A stretch of 64,000 nucleotides of DNA from Chrysomallon squamiferum (Eukaryota; Animalia; Mollusca). A program made the translations under genes and the position numbers. Below, piece after piece: positions 13,745-29,018 of the stretch. The notes under the pieces are model-generated. The model was not told where the DNA came from. It made no database searches and was given only the letters and a program-made list of their open reading frames with translations. Numbering within the stretch: position 1 is the stretch's first letter; each line of letters opens with the position of its first letter. The DNA is taken from the NCBI GenBank assembly GCA_012295275.1, contig CM022676.1, positions 12,090,001-12,154,000 on the forward strand. The letters are read 5' to 3'.

Positions 13745-15896
13745 AAACATCTATTTGCACGTTTCTCCTTCATCTCTTTCTCTGTAGAGTTTTTTTTAAT
13801 CTAATTTGTCTATTAGTCTATCTACCTATCCGTCTCTCTGTATATCTGTCTGTCTGTCTGACTCACTGTTTGCCTGTCTATCTATCTCTGTCTCTGTATA
13901 TCGGTGTGACTATCTATCTAATTTTCTATCTAATTTTCCAAGTCAGGTTGTTCTCTCGCTGTGTGGATGTGTGACACTCCTCTCCCAGCATTTTCTTCAG
14001 CTAACATAACCAACACGTTGTCTGACTGTCTGTCAGTGTGCTAGGTTTTCTGTCACTTTCGTACTTATCGACTTTCAGTGTAGCGATGAAAATAGAACAA
14101 AAACTTCGATAGCCGGATACGCTACGTCTTCAAACTGACAAGATTCTGGGGTTTTTTTTTTGGTTTTTTTTTTTTCATATGTGTCAACTGAATCCTTCTA
14201 AAATTTTCCGTTGGCTTTGACAAGTTGTCGTTCCTCATAAACTACTTCATCGTTGTTAAAAAAATATATATATGTGATGAAAATATTTAATTAGAATGTT
14301 TTGCTGTAATATGTAAAATGTTTAGTCATCTGAGATTTCTTTTAATAAAAATAAATTGATTGTGACAAAATATTTGTTTAAAACTTGTATGAAAGGCACG
14401 TGAAGTAAGTTATGATGACGTTAATTTAATTTTTTTAAAAGGTTTAAAATGTATATAAATATAATTATAAATATTTAATTAGAACTTTCGTAAAATGTTA
14501 AAGAAAACGTTCGTTTGGAGAGATCGAAGTTTCGGCTTTTGAAGTTTGGCTGTACGCACACACACAGACACACGCACATACACGCTCACACGCACATACA
14601 CACAAACAGACGTATGTGTTTTATTGTCCCAGAAAGATAGATGGACTAACAGCTATCTTAGATATATAATAACATTATTAATTTATAAAACAGAAATAGC
14701 GAAACAAACATTCGGAAAGAGAAAACTACAGTTACATATACACAGAATTACAAATGTATCGGGAATGTCTTTTTTTTTTATTAAAATAATTTATAACTAA
14801 CCAGTATTGTATCAAAACATATCCAGTGACGTATATTCAACTGGCTTAAAAAAAAACTGTAAATAAGTATTAGCAGAAATATAATGAAAAGTGTCTATTC
14901 AGGCACATTTGTACTGCGCTCAGGTTTTCCGACTACCAGTTATAGCAAATATGTGACAGATTTAGAGAGATAATGAAGAGAAAAATATGTCATCTGATAC
15001 TGTCACGAGACGAAGATGTGGTGGTTGTAATAACAGAGACAGAAGAAAATGAATGGCAGACGTCGCCTGAAGAAATTATTTTACTGCGTTTTGTTTCAGA
15101 AACTTCGTCTATTTATTTTATTCTTTATTTTTATCTTCGTCTGTTTTTGTTGTTGTTGTTGTTGTTGCACAGATTACAGATCCAATGACACCCATGAACT
15201 CGCACATAAACACCGATGTAACAACACACAAATGGCACGTGAAAACAAACACGCATAATTATCAGTTAATGATTTATGAATACCGAACTCACAAATTCTT
15301 TAATTCAACGAGACAAAAGACATCACGTGACCGGAAACGCCATTTCCAAGCACAATAGTTGAAGCTTAATGATTCCCAGTTCTCTCGCGATTTCTCTTTC
15401 ACAGGTTTGTCAACAGCTTACCTGCCTGTCAGGGTGAACGTTCTGCGCCCGTTGCAGGGGCGGGGCCGACAAAGGAGTCATCATCTTTAAACGCAGGCAT
15501 GAATGGATGGTGCTATTTATAGATCATTAATAGCTATTTCTCCGGGTGCCGTGACAGACATTTTTAACGAAGAGGTTCAAATCGGAGACCGATTTAGATG
15601 ATGTAATGGAATAATCCATTAATGGACGAAGACCTTTCGTGTTTGTATGAGCCGTTAATGACTGTTATGTTTGCTTATTAATACAGTTCGTTTGTTGTGT
15701 TTGTTACTTTCTTTTCTTATCTTGTTATCCTGTTTTAATACGATTTATAGTGTTAAACTAAATACATTCTGTATATTTCTTTAGGAATAGCATTGTATAT
15801 ATAATAAACAGCCCACTCTATACTGCTAATATTACTGTTCGATTACAGTTATTTCTTTTGCTTGCTTTTCATTTATTTATTTATTATTATTATTGC

Positions 15897-15928
<32 letters not shown>

Positions 15929-16015
15929 CTGTTGTTTCAAAGTATTTATTTATGTATTTTAAACTGAATCAACTTCCCGATGCTAACTCAGGGACTCAGT
16001 CCGTATGCAGCGTCC

Positions 16016-16795
16016 GGACATTCGCTAGACGTGTTTAGAGAAACAAAGCATGTCGGGACATTCGCTAGACGTGTTTAGAGAAACAAAGCATGCCGGGACA
16101 TTCGCTAGACGTGTTTAGAGAAACAAAGCATGCCGGGACATCGCGCTAGACGTGTTTAGAGAAACAAAGCATGTCGGGACATTCGCTAGACGTGTTTAGA
16201 GAAGCAAAGCATGCCGGGACATTCGCTAGACGTGTTTAGAGAAACAAAGCATGTCGGGACATTCGCTAGACGTGTTTAGAGAAACAAAGCATGTCGGGAC
16301 ATTCGCTAGACGTGTTTAGAGAAACAAAGCATGCCGGGACATCGCGCTAGACGTGTTTAGAGAAACAAAGCATGTCGGGACATTCGCTAGACGTGTTTAG
16401 AGAAGCAAAGCATGCCGGGACATTCGCTAGACGTGTTTAGACAAAGCATGCCGGGACATTCGCTAGACGTGTTTAGAGAAACAAAGCATGTCGGGACATT
16501 CGCTAGACGTGTTTAGAGAAGCAAAGCATGCCGGGACATTCGCTAGACGTGTTTAGAGAAACAAAGCATGCCGGGACATTCGCTAGACGTGTTTAGAGAA
16601 ACAAAGCATGCCGGGACATCGCGCTAGACGTGTTTAGAGAAACAAAGCATGTCGGGACATTCGCTAGACGTGTTTATCGCGCTAGACGTGTTTAGAGAAA
16701 CAAAGCATGTCGGGACATTCGCTAGACGTGTTTAGAGAAACAAAGCATGCCGGGACATCGCGCTAGACGTGTTTAGAGAAACAAAGCATGTCGGG
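16016..16795. repeat. 40-bp minisatellite, ~19 copies
   Basis: Unit gggacattcgctagacgtgtttagagaaacaaagcatg(t/c)c in tandem with no spacers. Confidence 0.95.
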
Positions 16796-17864
16796 CGATG
16801 ACCGACCTAAATTCTGAGGCGGAGAAACACGGTCTAATTCCTGAGTGGTGAGGCTGATTTCTGCATGCGAGTCTTGTGTTTGAGACGTTGTCAATGTAAC
16901 AGGTTCGTCTGCCACGTGGCTAAAACAAATTGTTCACCTTCACCTTCGACAGCGCCTCCCCCGTCAGTTTATTTCAATGCTGACTGTGAAAACAGCAGCA
17001 GTTTGTTAAAATGTTGAGCCGATGGGAAAAAAATGGAATCTTTACGGCAGTTTCAGTGAACTGTCTGCGGAGTTGAAAGAGGAAATGTTAAAACTGTGAG
17101 AAGAAGAAACCAGACACCTGATTCCTGATGAGAGCCCGCGCACCCTGATGTAAACGTTCAAAGATAACACGCCTTATTAATTATTCATCTTAATACGAAA
17201 ATTAGTCAGTCACTGTTAGAGTAACGTGTCAGATAAACAGCAGTGAATGAACTGTCTGTGTCACGTGATTGTATTGTTTGTTACGTTCGTTTTCAGGCGG
17301 TCGCTAACTTCGTGCTAGAAACAAATTGTTCATCAATTATCAAGACTTGTTGTTTACTTCAAGTACAGTTTATCACTTCTACTTGCCGCGGTTACTCTTC
17401 TCTACTGGTGGTCACGTTGTTGTTATGTATACGTAGTTTTTTTATGGTTACCTTTCTGTATTAACGTGTTGTTATTTATAATTATTTTAATATATCCTAG
17501 TTCCTGTCGGTTACTTTGCGGTTACACATACGTCCTACTGGTTACATTCACACACTGGTGGTTACTCTTGTATGCTGGTACTCAGTGTTAGTCGTGTTTG
17601 TTTTATGAAGTTATTTTCTTATTTTATGATGATTGTTTTACAGCTGCGTGTTGTTACTCCCACGTGCTTGTCGAGTGTGTGCGTACTGCTCACGTTGGTT
17701 GATATCAGTTTTCACTCGCTGAGGTTAATCTCTAGCACTGTTAATTCAGCTTCACTTGTTTAAATATCTTCTCAGCGATCCGTGGACACTTTCAGTATCA
17801 GATTTCAGACATCAGCCATGTTGATTACTACCAACGCGTTATTGATTGCTCTCAAATTTCACCT

Positions 17865-17990
17865 CACACACACACAGACACACACACACAGCAACACACA
17901 CAAACACACACACACAGCAACAGATACAAACACACACACACAGACAGATACACAGACACACACAGACAAACAGACACACACAGACAAACA

Positions 17991-18038
<48 letters not shown>

Positions 18039-18278
18039 GATACACAGACACACACAGACAAACAGACACACACAGACAAACAGACACACACACACACAGC
18101 AACACACACAAACACACACACACACAGACAGATACACAGACACACACAGACAAACAGACACACACAGACAAACAGACACGCAGACACACACACACAGCAA
18201 CACACACAAACACACACACACACACAGACAGATACACAGACGCACACAGACACACACACACACACAGCAACACACACA
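17865..18278. repeat. Compound (CA)n/(CAGA) repeat with internally duplicated blocks
   Basis: Block cacagacagatacacagacacacacagacaaacagacacacacagacaaacagac recurs 3 times, plus a partial copy. Confidence 0.9.
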
Positions 18279-19369
18279 AATGGCTGTAAACACAAACTAC
18301 GCAAATGCATGAACATTTACAACGCACGTGTAACTTAAGATTACTTTTCTTTGAACTTTTATAATTATCTTCATAAAAACACCAGACTTAGTTTTATTTT
18401 ATCATTTAACTATCTGTATCTTTTCATTTTATTTTATATTTTTATATTTTTATTTTTTTATTTTATTTTTTTAAATTTTATTCAATTTTTATTATTTTTA
18501 TTTTTTTTATTCATTTTTGTATTATTGTTATTGTTAATCATTCGCAGGGTTTCTGAACGAAGTGGGAAGTCGTACAACGTGACGATTCTGTTCAGTTTTA
18601 AGTTTTAACAATCGAGCCAAACAAATTCCGCCCCCAACTTCAGTTCTTAGGAAGAATTTTCAGGTTTTTTCTCCTAATTGCATCCATCTTCCGATAGATT
18701 TTGAGGATTTCAAAGTAGATCAAGGAAGCTGTAAAAACGGAAAAAGAAAAAAGTTAATTTAAAAAAAAAAAAAAAAAAAACGATGAACGCGGAAGTACAA
18801 TCACTGATGAAAGATAACAAAGTGAAGAGAAAAAGCAAACAAGAAAAAAGAAAAGAAAAGAAGACGAAGAAGACAGAAAACAAACAAAAATAAATAAATT
18901 AAATTATGTAAATAGAACCAAAACGAATTATATAAAATAAGAAGAAAATAAATTAAAATAATTGTAATAAAAAATTAAAACTGAAACTCTAATAATGTTT
19001 TAATTTTTCATTATTATTTTTTATTATTATTATTATTAAACCGACACTTACAGTACAAAGATAATGATCGGGTAGGTTTGTTCTTGTCTGGTCCTGTTGT
19101 CAAGAAATGAATAAAAATTACTGCTTAACTGACTTAAACAACTGTAACAGATGCAACCAAAACACCAACGTTATACCATCAAAAAACAACAACAAAACTC
19201 TATAATTAAAATAAAAGAAAGAACATAAATAAATAAATAAAAAGCAAAACGACAACAAAAACTAAAAACTAAACATAGCAAAAGTAAATGTCTGTCATTT
19301 CTTTCCTCTTTCTCTCTCTTTTTTATCAGTCTCCTTCTTTCTATCTGTCTCCGCTCTCTCACTCACTCA

Positions 19370-19499
<130 letters not shown>

Positions 19500-19504
19500 G
19501 TCTC

Positions 19505-19577
<73 letters not shown>

Positions 19578-19581
19578 CTCT

Positions 19582-21087
<1,506 letters not shown>

Positions 21088-21088
21088 G

Positions 21089-21688
21089 TCACTTTGTACA
21101 TCAGATGTACTAAAGTACGTGTAAACACACTGACAGTCAGAACTGTGGTGTTTCCTGTGATGTAAAAGTACTCACACTGACAGTCAGAACTGTGGTGTTT
21201 CCTGTGTTAACTCTCTCTTTCTCTCTCTCTCTCTTTGTACTCTCACTTTGTACATCAGATGTACTAAAGTACGTGTAAACACACTGACAGTCAGAACTGT
21301 GGTGTTTCCTGTGTTAACTCTCTCTTTCTCTCTCTCTCTTTCTCTCTCTCTCTCTTTGTACTCTCACTTTGTACATCAGATGTACTAAAGTACGTGTAAA
21401 CACACTGACAGTCAGAACTGTGGTGTTTCCTGTGTTAACTCTCTCTTTCTCTCTCTCTCTTTCTCTCTCTCTCTCTTTGTACTCTCACTTTGTACATCAG
21501 ATGTACTAAAGTACGTGTAAACACACTGAGAGTCAGAACTGTGGTGTTTCCTGTGTTAACTCTCTCTTTCTCTCTCTCTCTTTCTCTCTCTCTCTTTTGT
21601 ACTCTCACTTTGTACATCAGATGTACTAAAGTACGTGTAAACACACTGAGAGTCAGAACTGTGGTGTTTCCTGTGTTAACTCTCTCTT

Positions 21689-21719
<31 letters not shown>

Positions 21720-21801
21720 TTGTACTCTCACTTTGTACATCAGATGTACTAAAGTACGTGTAAACACACTGACAGTCAGAACTGTGGTGTTTCCTGTGTT
21801 A
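21089..21801. repeat. ~120-bp composite tandem repeat, 6 copies, with an internal CT tract
   Basis: Unit cactttgtacatcagatgtactaaagtacgtgtaaacacactgacagtcagaactgtggtgtttcctgtgttaa followed by (ct)n. Confidence 0.95.
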
Positions 21802-22318
21802 ATTATGCGGACTGCTAAATGCGGTCTCTGCTCGAAGAAAGGTTAACGTCGACAACAGATTAGACTCCGCTCTCCTGGGAGCGCAGTTTTAACAAACATT
21901 ATCTCTCAGCCTTCCTCTGGCTTCTTCGTCTCGTTTGGCAGAAACAAAAATTAACTGTCATTTTTACATATACAAGGAAAGCGGTCGAGACGATTCGAAA
22001 ACTTTTACGTATTTTTATCATTCAGCCATGTTTGGTGTGTTTAGACTTCAACAGATTTACTAACGTTAATCTTATTACGAGTCGCTAACTCAGTGTTAGT
22101 ATTTTACGGTGTTAATTTGTTTTTTTTACCCCTCTCTAATTAGTTCCGTGTGAAAAAAGTAACTGCCATCTATTAGCTTAACAACTAGATACTAATAAAG
22201 ACACATACACACATATATACACAAACACATACATTTACAGTCAGAGATACACTTGCACACTATACACACATAGCTACTTACACATTCATACATACAAACA
22301 CATACACTGTGTCTATGC

Positions 22319-22402
<84 letters not shown>

Positions 22403-22520
22403 ATCGATTAATGAAATGAAGGACGAAACTAATGAACTAACTGTGAACAAAATCTATAACGATTTGTAACGACTTTGAGAAGTAACTAGTAACATTTTGC
22501 TAATGTGAGTATTTTCAAAA

Positions 22521-22573
<53 letters not shown>

Positions 22574-22984
22574 TGATCTCTGAGACGCTGCTGTATTATC
22601 TCTCTGCAGATTAAAGCAAGTTGCAGGATTTGACAGGGAAAGCTTACGACAAAACCATTCAACACAATTAATCTGAAGAACACAATTCAAAAACAATCTG
22701 TGGCTGACTCTGGTCACGTGACGTGGGCCGAGGGACAGTGCGCTAAGTTCAAGGACAAAATGTCTTACTTAAACAGTCATTCACCAACAGGCCACCATTT
22801 CCTGTCCTCGGATCTTGCGTCTTTAGTAACCACGGCAACCTGAGACATTTCCTGGGCGAGACCTCTGATCTTTTTTTTCCCAATCCAATTATTGGCCCAC
22901 AAAATTAATGAATTTCTTTGTGCGTCCATGTCCTTGAAAAACAGCTGATAAAAGAAATCTGTCTGCTAATAACATTATTAACAG

Positions 22985-23350
22985 CATCAGTAGTAGTAGT
23001 AATAGTGATATCAGTAGTAGGTGTAGTAGTAGTGGTAGCAGCAGCAGTGGAAGTTGTGATAGTAGTAGTAGTAGTAGTTGTAGCAATAGTAGTGGTAGTA
23101 ATAGTGATGTCAGTAGTAGGTGTAGTAATAGTAGTGGTGGTGGCAGGGCATTGGAAGTCGTGATACTAGTAGTAGTAGTTGTAGCAATAGTAGTGGTAGT
23201 AATAGTGATATCAGTAGTAGGTGTAGTAATAGTAGTGGTGGTGGCAGGGCATTGGAAGTTGTGATAGTAGTAGTAGTAATAGTAATTGCTGTAGTAATAG
23301 TAATAGTAGCAGTAGTCTTAGTAGTTGTGATGGTAGCAGTAGTAGCAATA
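22985..23350. repeat. (GTA)n-rich low-complexity tract with a ~102-bp internal duplication
   Basis: gtagcaatagtagtggtagtaatagtgat..ggcagggcattggaagt occurs twice. Confidence 0.85.
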
Positions 23351-24877
23351 GCAATAATATTAGATGTTGCCGCACAGGAGCAGCAAAAGCAGTAATAATG
23401 AAAGAAGAAGAAGAAGAAGAAATTTGACCTTACTCGTCAGTGACGAACGAACACAACAAACTTATTAATCCCTCGGCGCTGCGAAGCCTACGTAATAACG
23501 CAATCTTCGTTTTCGATCATTATGACGTCATAAAGCAACAATCGCCGTAGCATGTTGTAACACAGTAGTGCAACGTGTGCAAAATTAGTTGATAAATACA
23601 CTGATCTCATTTCTGACGTCCAATGCATCAGTGCAGACGACAATATGGTAATTTTGTATCATCACCTGATCTTTTTTCGTAAGTAATAATTTCTGTCAAG
23701 CACCTTGAATTTAAATATGGCAGCTTGTGTTCCAAAATCAAGGTAATTGTTATTGAGTTCTTGTTGTTGTTGTTATTATTATTATTATTATTATTATCAT
23801 CATTATCATCATCATCATTATTATTGTTGTTGTTTATTTATTTATTAGTTGTTGTTGTTCTTTATTTATTTTTTTATTATTGTTGATGCTGTTGTTGGTG
23901 GTGTTGGTGGTGGTGGTGTTACGTTCCGGTTTCAATACATATCAACATCAACAATAAAAAGAAAAAAGAAAGAAAGAAAGACATTAAGAAAGAACTCTGA
24001 CAGAAATTATTTTGTCTCTTTCTTTCTTTCTTTCTTTATTTCTTTATTTGATTTAATTTATTTTCTTGATTCTGAGCATCTTGTGCAAAAGTAAACAAAT
24101 AAATAAATAAACAAACAAACAAGCCGTCTGCAGCTGGGTGATAAAGATTTGAGTTAGTCTTCGGGCGGAGACCTGAAAGCCAGACTCACCCTTGAAACAA
24201 AGTACATCCGCACCTAAGAAAGAAAGAAAGAAAAAATACCAAGGAATTATTATTAATATTAATATTATTGTTCTTCTTGTTGTTGTTATTGTTGTTGTTG
24301 TTATTATTATTATTATTATAAAAAATATTTCAGTATATGATTTTGATTTACGAGAATTATAAACTGAATAATTTTATATTGATTTTTTTTCTTCTAAAAT
24401 ACCTACCAGGTCAAGCACAAAACTTCCTGTTATTTAATTAGTGTGTGAATTAAATGTATTACTGTTATCAAAACTCTCCTGTAATAACTAATAATTAGGC
24501 GTATTCCCTAAAGTAATTTTACTGTTTATTACGGATATGAAAAGAAGTAATTTTCCTTATTACGATTTCAGTAATGAAATATAGCTTCGATGAACGTGTA
24601 TCCGAGCTGGACTATTATCGTAACTATTGTAGCAACCAATAAAAAACATTATTAATAAAAATATCAGTAAATCTCGACTCACACTGACCTACTTACAGGT
24701 CCTGTAGGAGTTTTAATGACCTATGAGTTATTACAAGGCCGATATGAAAAAACACTTTCAGCAGGACATTAGCATTCTCACGTTCTAATAATATATTTTT
24801 AAAATAAAATATTTTTCAGGTGAGTTTTATATCATAATTGTATTACTTATTACAATTCATTTATATTTACAGAAACG

Positions 24878-24931
<54 letters not shown>

Positions 24932-25348
24932 TACATGCCATCACGCCTAAATTATAATTAAAACTGTACACGTACAAACACGAAGCAAAGATTATGTAAA
25001 TGTATGACAATGGTTTCTGATAAATGAAAATTCAATAACAGCGAACACGACAATGATAAAGTTAAGCTTATTAATCTGCACGTAATGTAAGTTCTCAATC
25101 ACGTCTGTACTGCTGTTCTCGCTGAGGTCCGCGCCCACTCCCCTGAGTCAGCGGATTCAGAGAGCATCGCCAGTTTAATATCACTAATTACTCGCTCGTG
25201 GTAATTGTACAAGATAAATAGCCACAGCAGCGAGCGAGGGAAACGTTGTCAGTGAAAGTTACTTAAGTAAATTCGTGTTTGCTGTTCTCAGGATGAATAG
25301 CAGTTTATTTGATGATTTTTTGTCGTGGAGATGAGATGTTCACTTGTG

Positions 25349-25615
<267 letters not shown>

Positions 25616-28607
25616 AGAGAGATTCATACTTTATTATAGTTGTTTTTAGTGTTGTTGTTATCGTGTTTTAATATAAACCTTAATCGAAAAATTCTGGTTA
25701 AATTAATTTCAAATAATCTGTACGTAATTTCTTTTTCTTTTCCATTTCATATCTTTTTAACTTTTTTCTTTTTTCTTTTTTTTTTTCTTTTTTTTTGTGC
25801 TAGATCCTCCACAAAATGGTATTAGTACAGGTAAATGTACGTGCTTATTTATTCATTATCAATACCACGATGTTTGCTTCGTCTGATCGCCGTCTGCAAA
25901 CACCCATCAGGCGTCAAATAAATAGTAAACGCATGCGCAGATATACAAGTTCTCTGTCGGCTGCCGTGAAGAGACGACAGACGAGTTTCCTGTTACAAAC
26001 ATTTTGTTACGTCTGCGTTCAGCAGTTACCTCGATTAGCAGATGTAACTGTTACAAACATTTTGTTACGTCTGCGTACAGCAGTTCACAACAGTGATCCC
26101 CACATAATTCATCACTTACTATACTATGTTTGCTTCTACGCTTAGACTTAGACAAAATCGACAGTAGACAACACGAGACAAGTGACGAATGAATGAATGA
26201 ATGATAGTCAGTTTAAAGTCGGTAAAGTAAATAAAGAAATACAGTGATGTATACATTTTAAGAAAAAGCAAAGAGACGTAGACAGAATGAGGGAGAAAGA
26301 ATAAATATCAACGACTTAACGTCATTTCCTTTTAACATTTCTATTTATTTAACGTCGTTTTTTTTTAATTCTTTTTAACATTTTTATTTTATTTGTATTT
26401 ATTTATTGGTTTGTTTGTTGTTAGTGGGGTTTGTATGGGGGGGTAATTATTTTTTATATGGAAAATATTTTTTTTTTAAAAATTTTTTTTTATTATTAGT
26501 GGTGGCGCTATTTTTGAATTTTAAGTTTTGATTTTGGTTTTTAAAAGCGAGGCTAATGCAGTGAGATGGTACTACATGTACATGTGTATCTGTATAATAG
26601 ACAGCGGTGTCTGGAGATACCGAGTACGTTGTCGCTCTGTTTTAACTGTGTCACGTTCACCGTGCACTACGTCGTCGTAATCCGCAGTCAGTGTCACGTT
26701 ATCATGTCGACTACAACGTCGAGCAATGTGTTATTTTTAACTCACTACTGTTTCTTTAGACGTACAGTCATATTAATAATAAACTTTTTCTCATTGCTTG
26801 TTTGTTTTATATACTGAAACTTACGTCTTTAATAAATTTTGACATTTTCCTATTTGCTTGCTTTTTTTTTGTTTTATTATATTATATTTTATTTTATTGT
26901 TTGTTTGTTTTTATTATCCAAAATTTTTTGTTTTAATTATCTTTGTTTTTATTTCATCACACACACACACACGCCTATGTACTAAGTAAATAAATAAACA
27001 AGCAAACAAAGAAGCAGTTACAAAATTAATTAACATAAGTAAATACAAAATAAATAAATAAAAACTAAAAACTGCATGAAACTGTATATGATAACATTAC
27101 TGACACGTTCTCAAGGTCGGGTTGTTTGTGAAACGTCACTGGATAAAACTGCATCTGGCAAACACCAGCAGCCTGTAAACACGAGACTACAAAATACCAC
27201 AGTCTTTGATGTGTTCACTTTTAGCTTCTCATTAATTTTATTTCTTCTTTTGTGCGGTGCATACGTAAACAAAATTAAAAAATGCTGAACACGCACAGTT
27301 CAGTTTGGTTCAGGTAACAATACACAAAATCGCTCAATTATTAAAACTAACGTTGTTCGCGGTCGAAATCATTTCGTTGTGGCTAAGGCGATTTTCAAAC
27401 AATCATCAGTTTTCCGTCTCGAATGGTTTTCTACGCCAAAAATCGACTGGTTGTTGTTAACACAATTACACACAAATATCTAACTTCACACAATAGACTG
27501 GTAACAATTATATACATATTTCTAACTTCACAGGCGTTTTGCAATACAACTGATTTATATTTATTTTACAATGATTTAATTTTATCGCCGTTTTACAGCG
27601 AACTGATTTAACGCCTGCTTTGCAATAAAATAGCCTTAAAGCATTAAAGAGTTGTGTGGGCTTTGAAAAATATTTTACAGTTTGAACTTAGGTTTATTGA
27701 GTTCATTCTCAAACTGACAAGCGAAACGAACATGGCTCTGATGAAATGTCTGAACTCAGGATTATAAATATAAAAATGAATAATTAAAAAAAAAAAAAAA
27801 ATACATGTATAACTGATTTATTTGGACGTTCCTAGATTAACCAATCATATTTGTTTATGACACACTTTAATATGAGCAGTCCTCAACTGTCAAACACGTT
27901 TATTTTTGTTGCTGTTAGCGAGGGAACCGTTTCTAAAACTATCAGCTGTCCCACTTTTACTGATTAGCAGAAAGTGTACATGAGCATAAACCTCTCACTG
28001 TCTGAAAAATACATTTCATCTGTTTTCTTATTTTTTCTTTCTTCTTTCTTTCTTTCGTTCTTTTTTTCTTTCTTTTTCATTTATTCTTAATCAAGCCAGT
28101 TAAGGGATACTGGCTATAGTGAACACTGAATATTACAGATTAGATGCACATTGTGATATACTGAAACAGCTGAACACGACATTTGATACACGAACTGTTG
28201 TGTGAACAGGTCTTGAATGGGAAAAGAGTTCCCTGGGTAGACGGAAAACGGGTTCATAAACACAACAACAAAACAGCAGCAACAACAACAACAATAACAA
28301 TAATAATAATAATAAGAAGAAGAAGAAGAAGAAGAACTAGAGCATCAAAACAATAACAACAAGATTAGTTGTATGGATCCAGTGACAGATGGAAGGTGTT
28401 CTAGCACATCCTGTTATTACGATTCTTTAGGGTGACGGGCTGCACAATCGATTTTCTTCGGGGTGCTGTTTATATTTATTTTCGGTCCATCAGTGTGGTT
28501 ATTCAGAGCTTCCTCTTCTGTCAACAGAAAAAAAAAATTGCAAAGAAAAGAAAAAGAAAGAAAAAAAAAATTAATACGATGCATAACGACATTTGGCTTC
28601 TTCTCAT

Positions 28608-29018
28608 TATCTGCAAGGTCTTTATAAATATCTGCAAGGTCTTTATAAATATCTGCATGGTCTTTATAAATATCTGCAAGGTCTTTATAAATATCTGCAT
28701 GGTCTTTATAAATATCTGCAAGGTCTTTATAAATATCTGCAAGGTCTTTATAAATATCTGCAAGGTCTTTATAAATATCTGCATGGTCTTTATAAATATC
28801 TGCAAGGTCTTTATAAATATCTGCAAGGTCTTTATAAATGTCTGCAAGGTCTTTATAAATGTCTGCAAGGTCTTTATAAATATCTGCAAGGTCTTTATAA
28901 ATATCTGCAAGGTCTTTATAAATATCTGCAAGGTCTTTATAAATGTCTGCAAGGTCTTTATAAATATCTGCAAGGTCTTTATAAATGTCTGCATGGTCTT
29001 TATAAATATCTGCAAGGT
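28608..29018. repeat. 21-bp minisatellite, ~19 copies
   Basis: Unit atctgcaaggtctttataaat, with variants catgg and aatgt. Confidence 0.95.

Noticed and set aside
16016-16795. CRISPR-like array
   Set aside because: The repeats are contiguous with no unique spacers, there are no cas genes, and the context is eukaryotic. It is a minisatellite.
21089-21801. Palindromic repeat with variable spacers (CRISPR-like)
   Set aside because: The spacers are just CT microsatellite of variable length.
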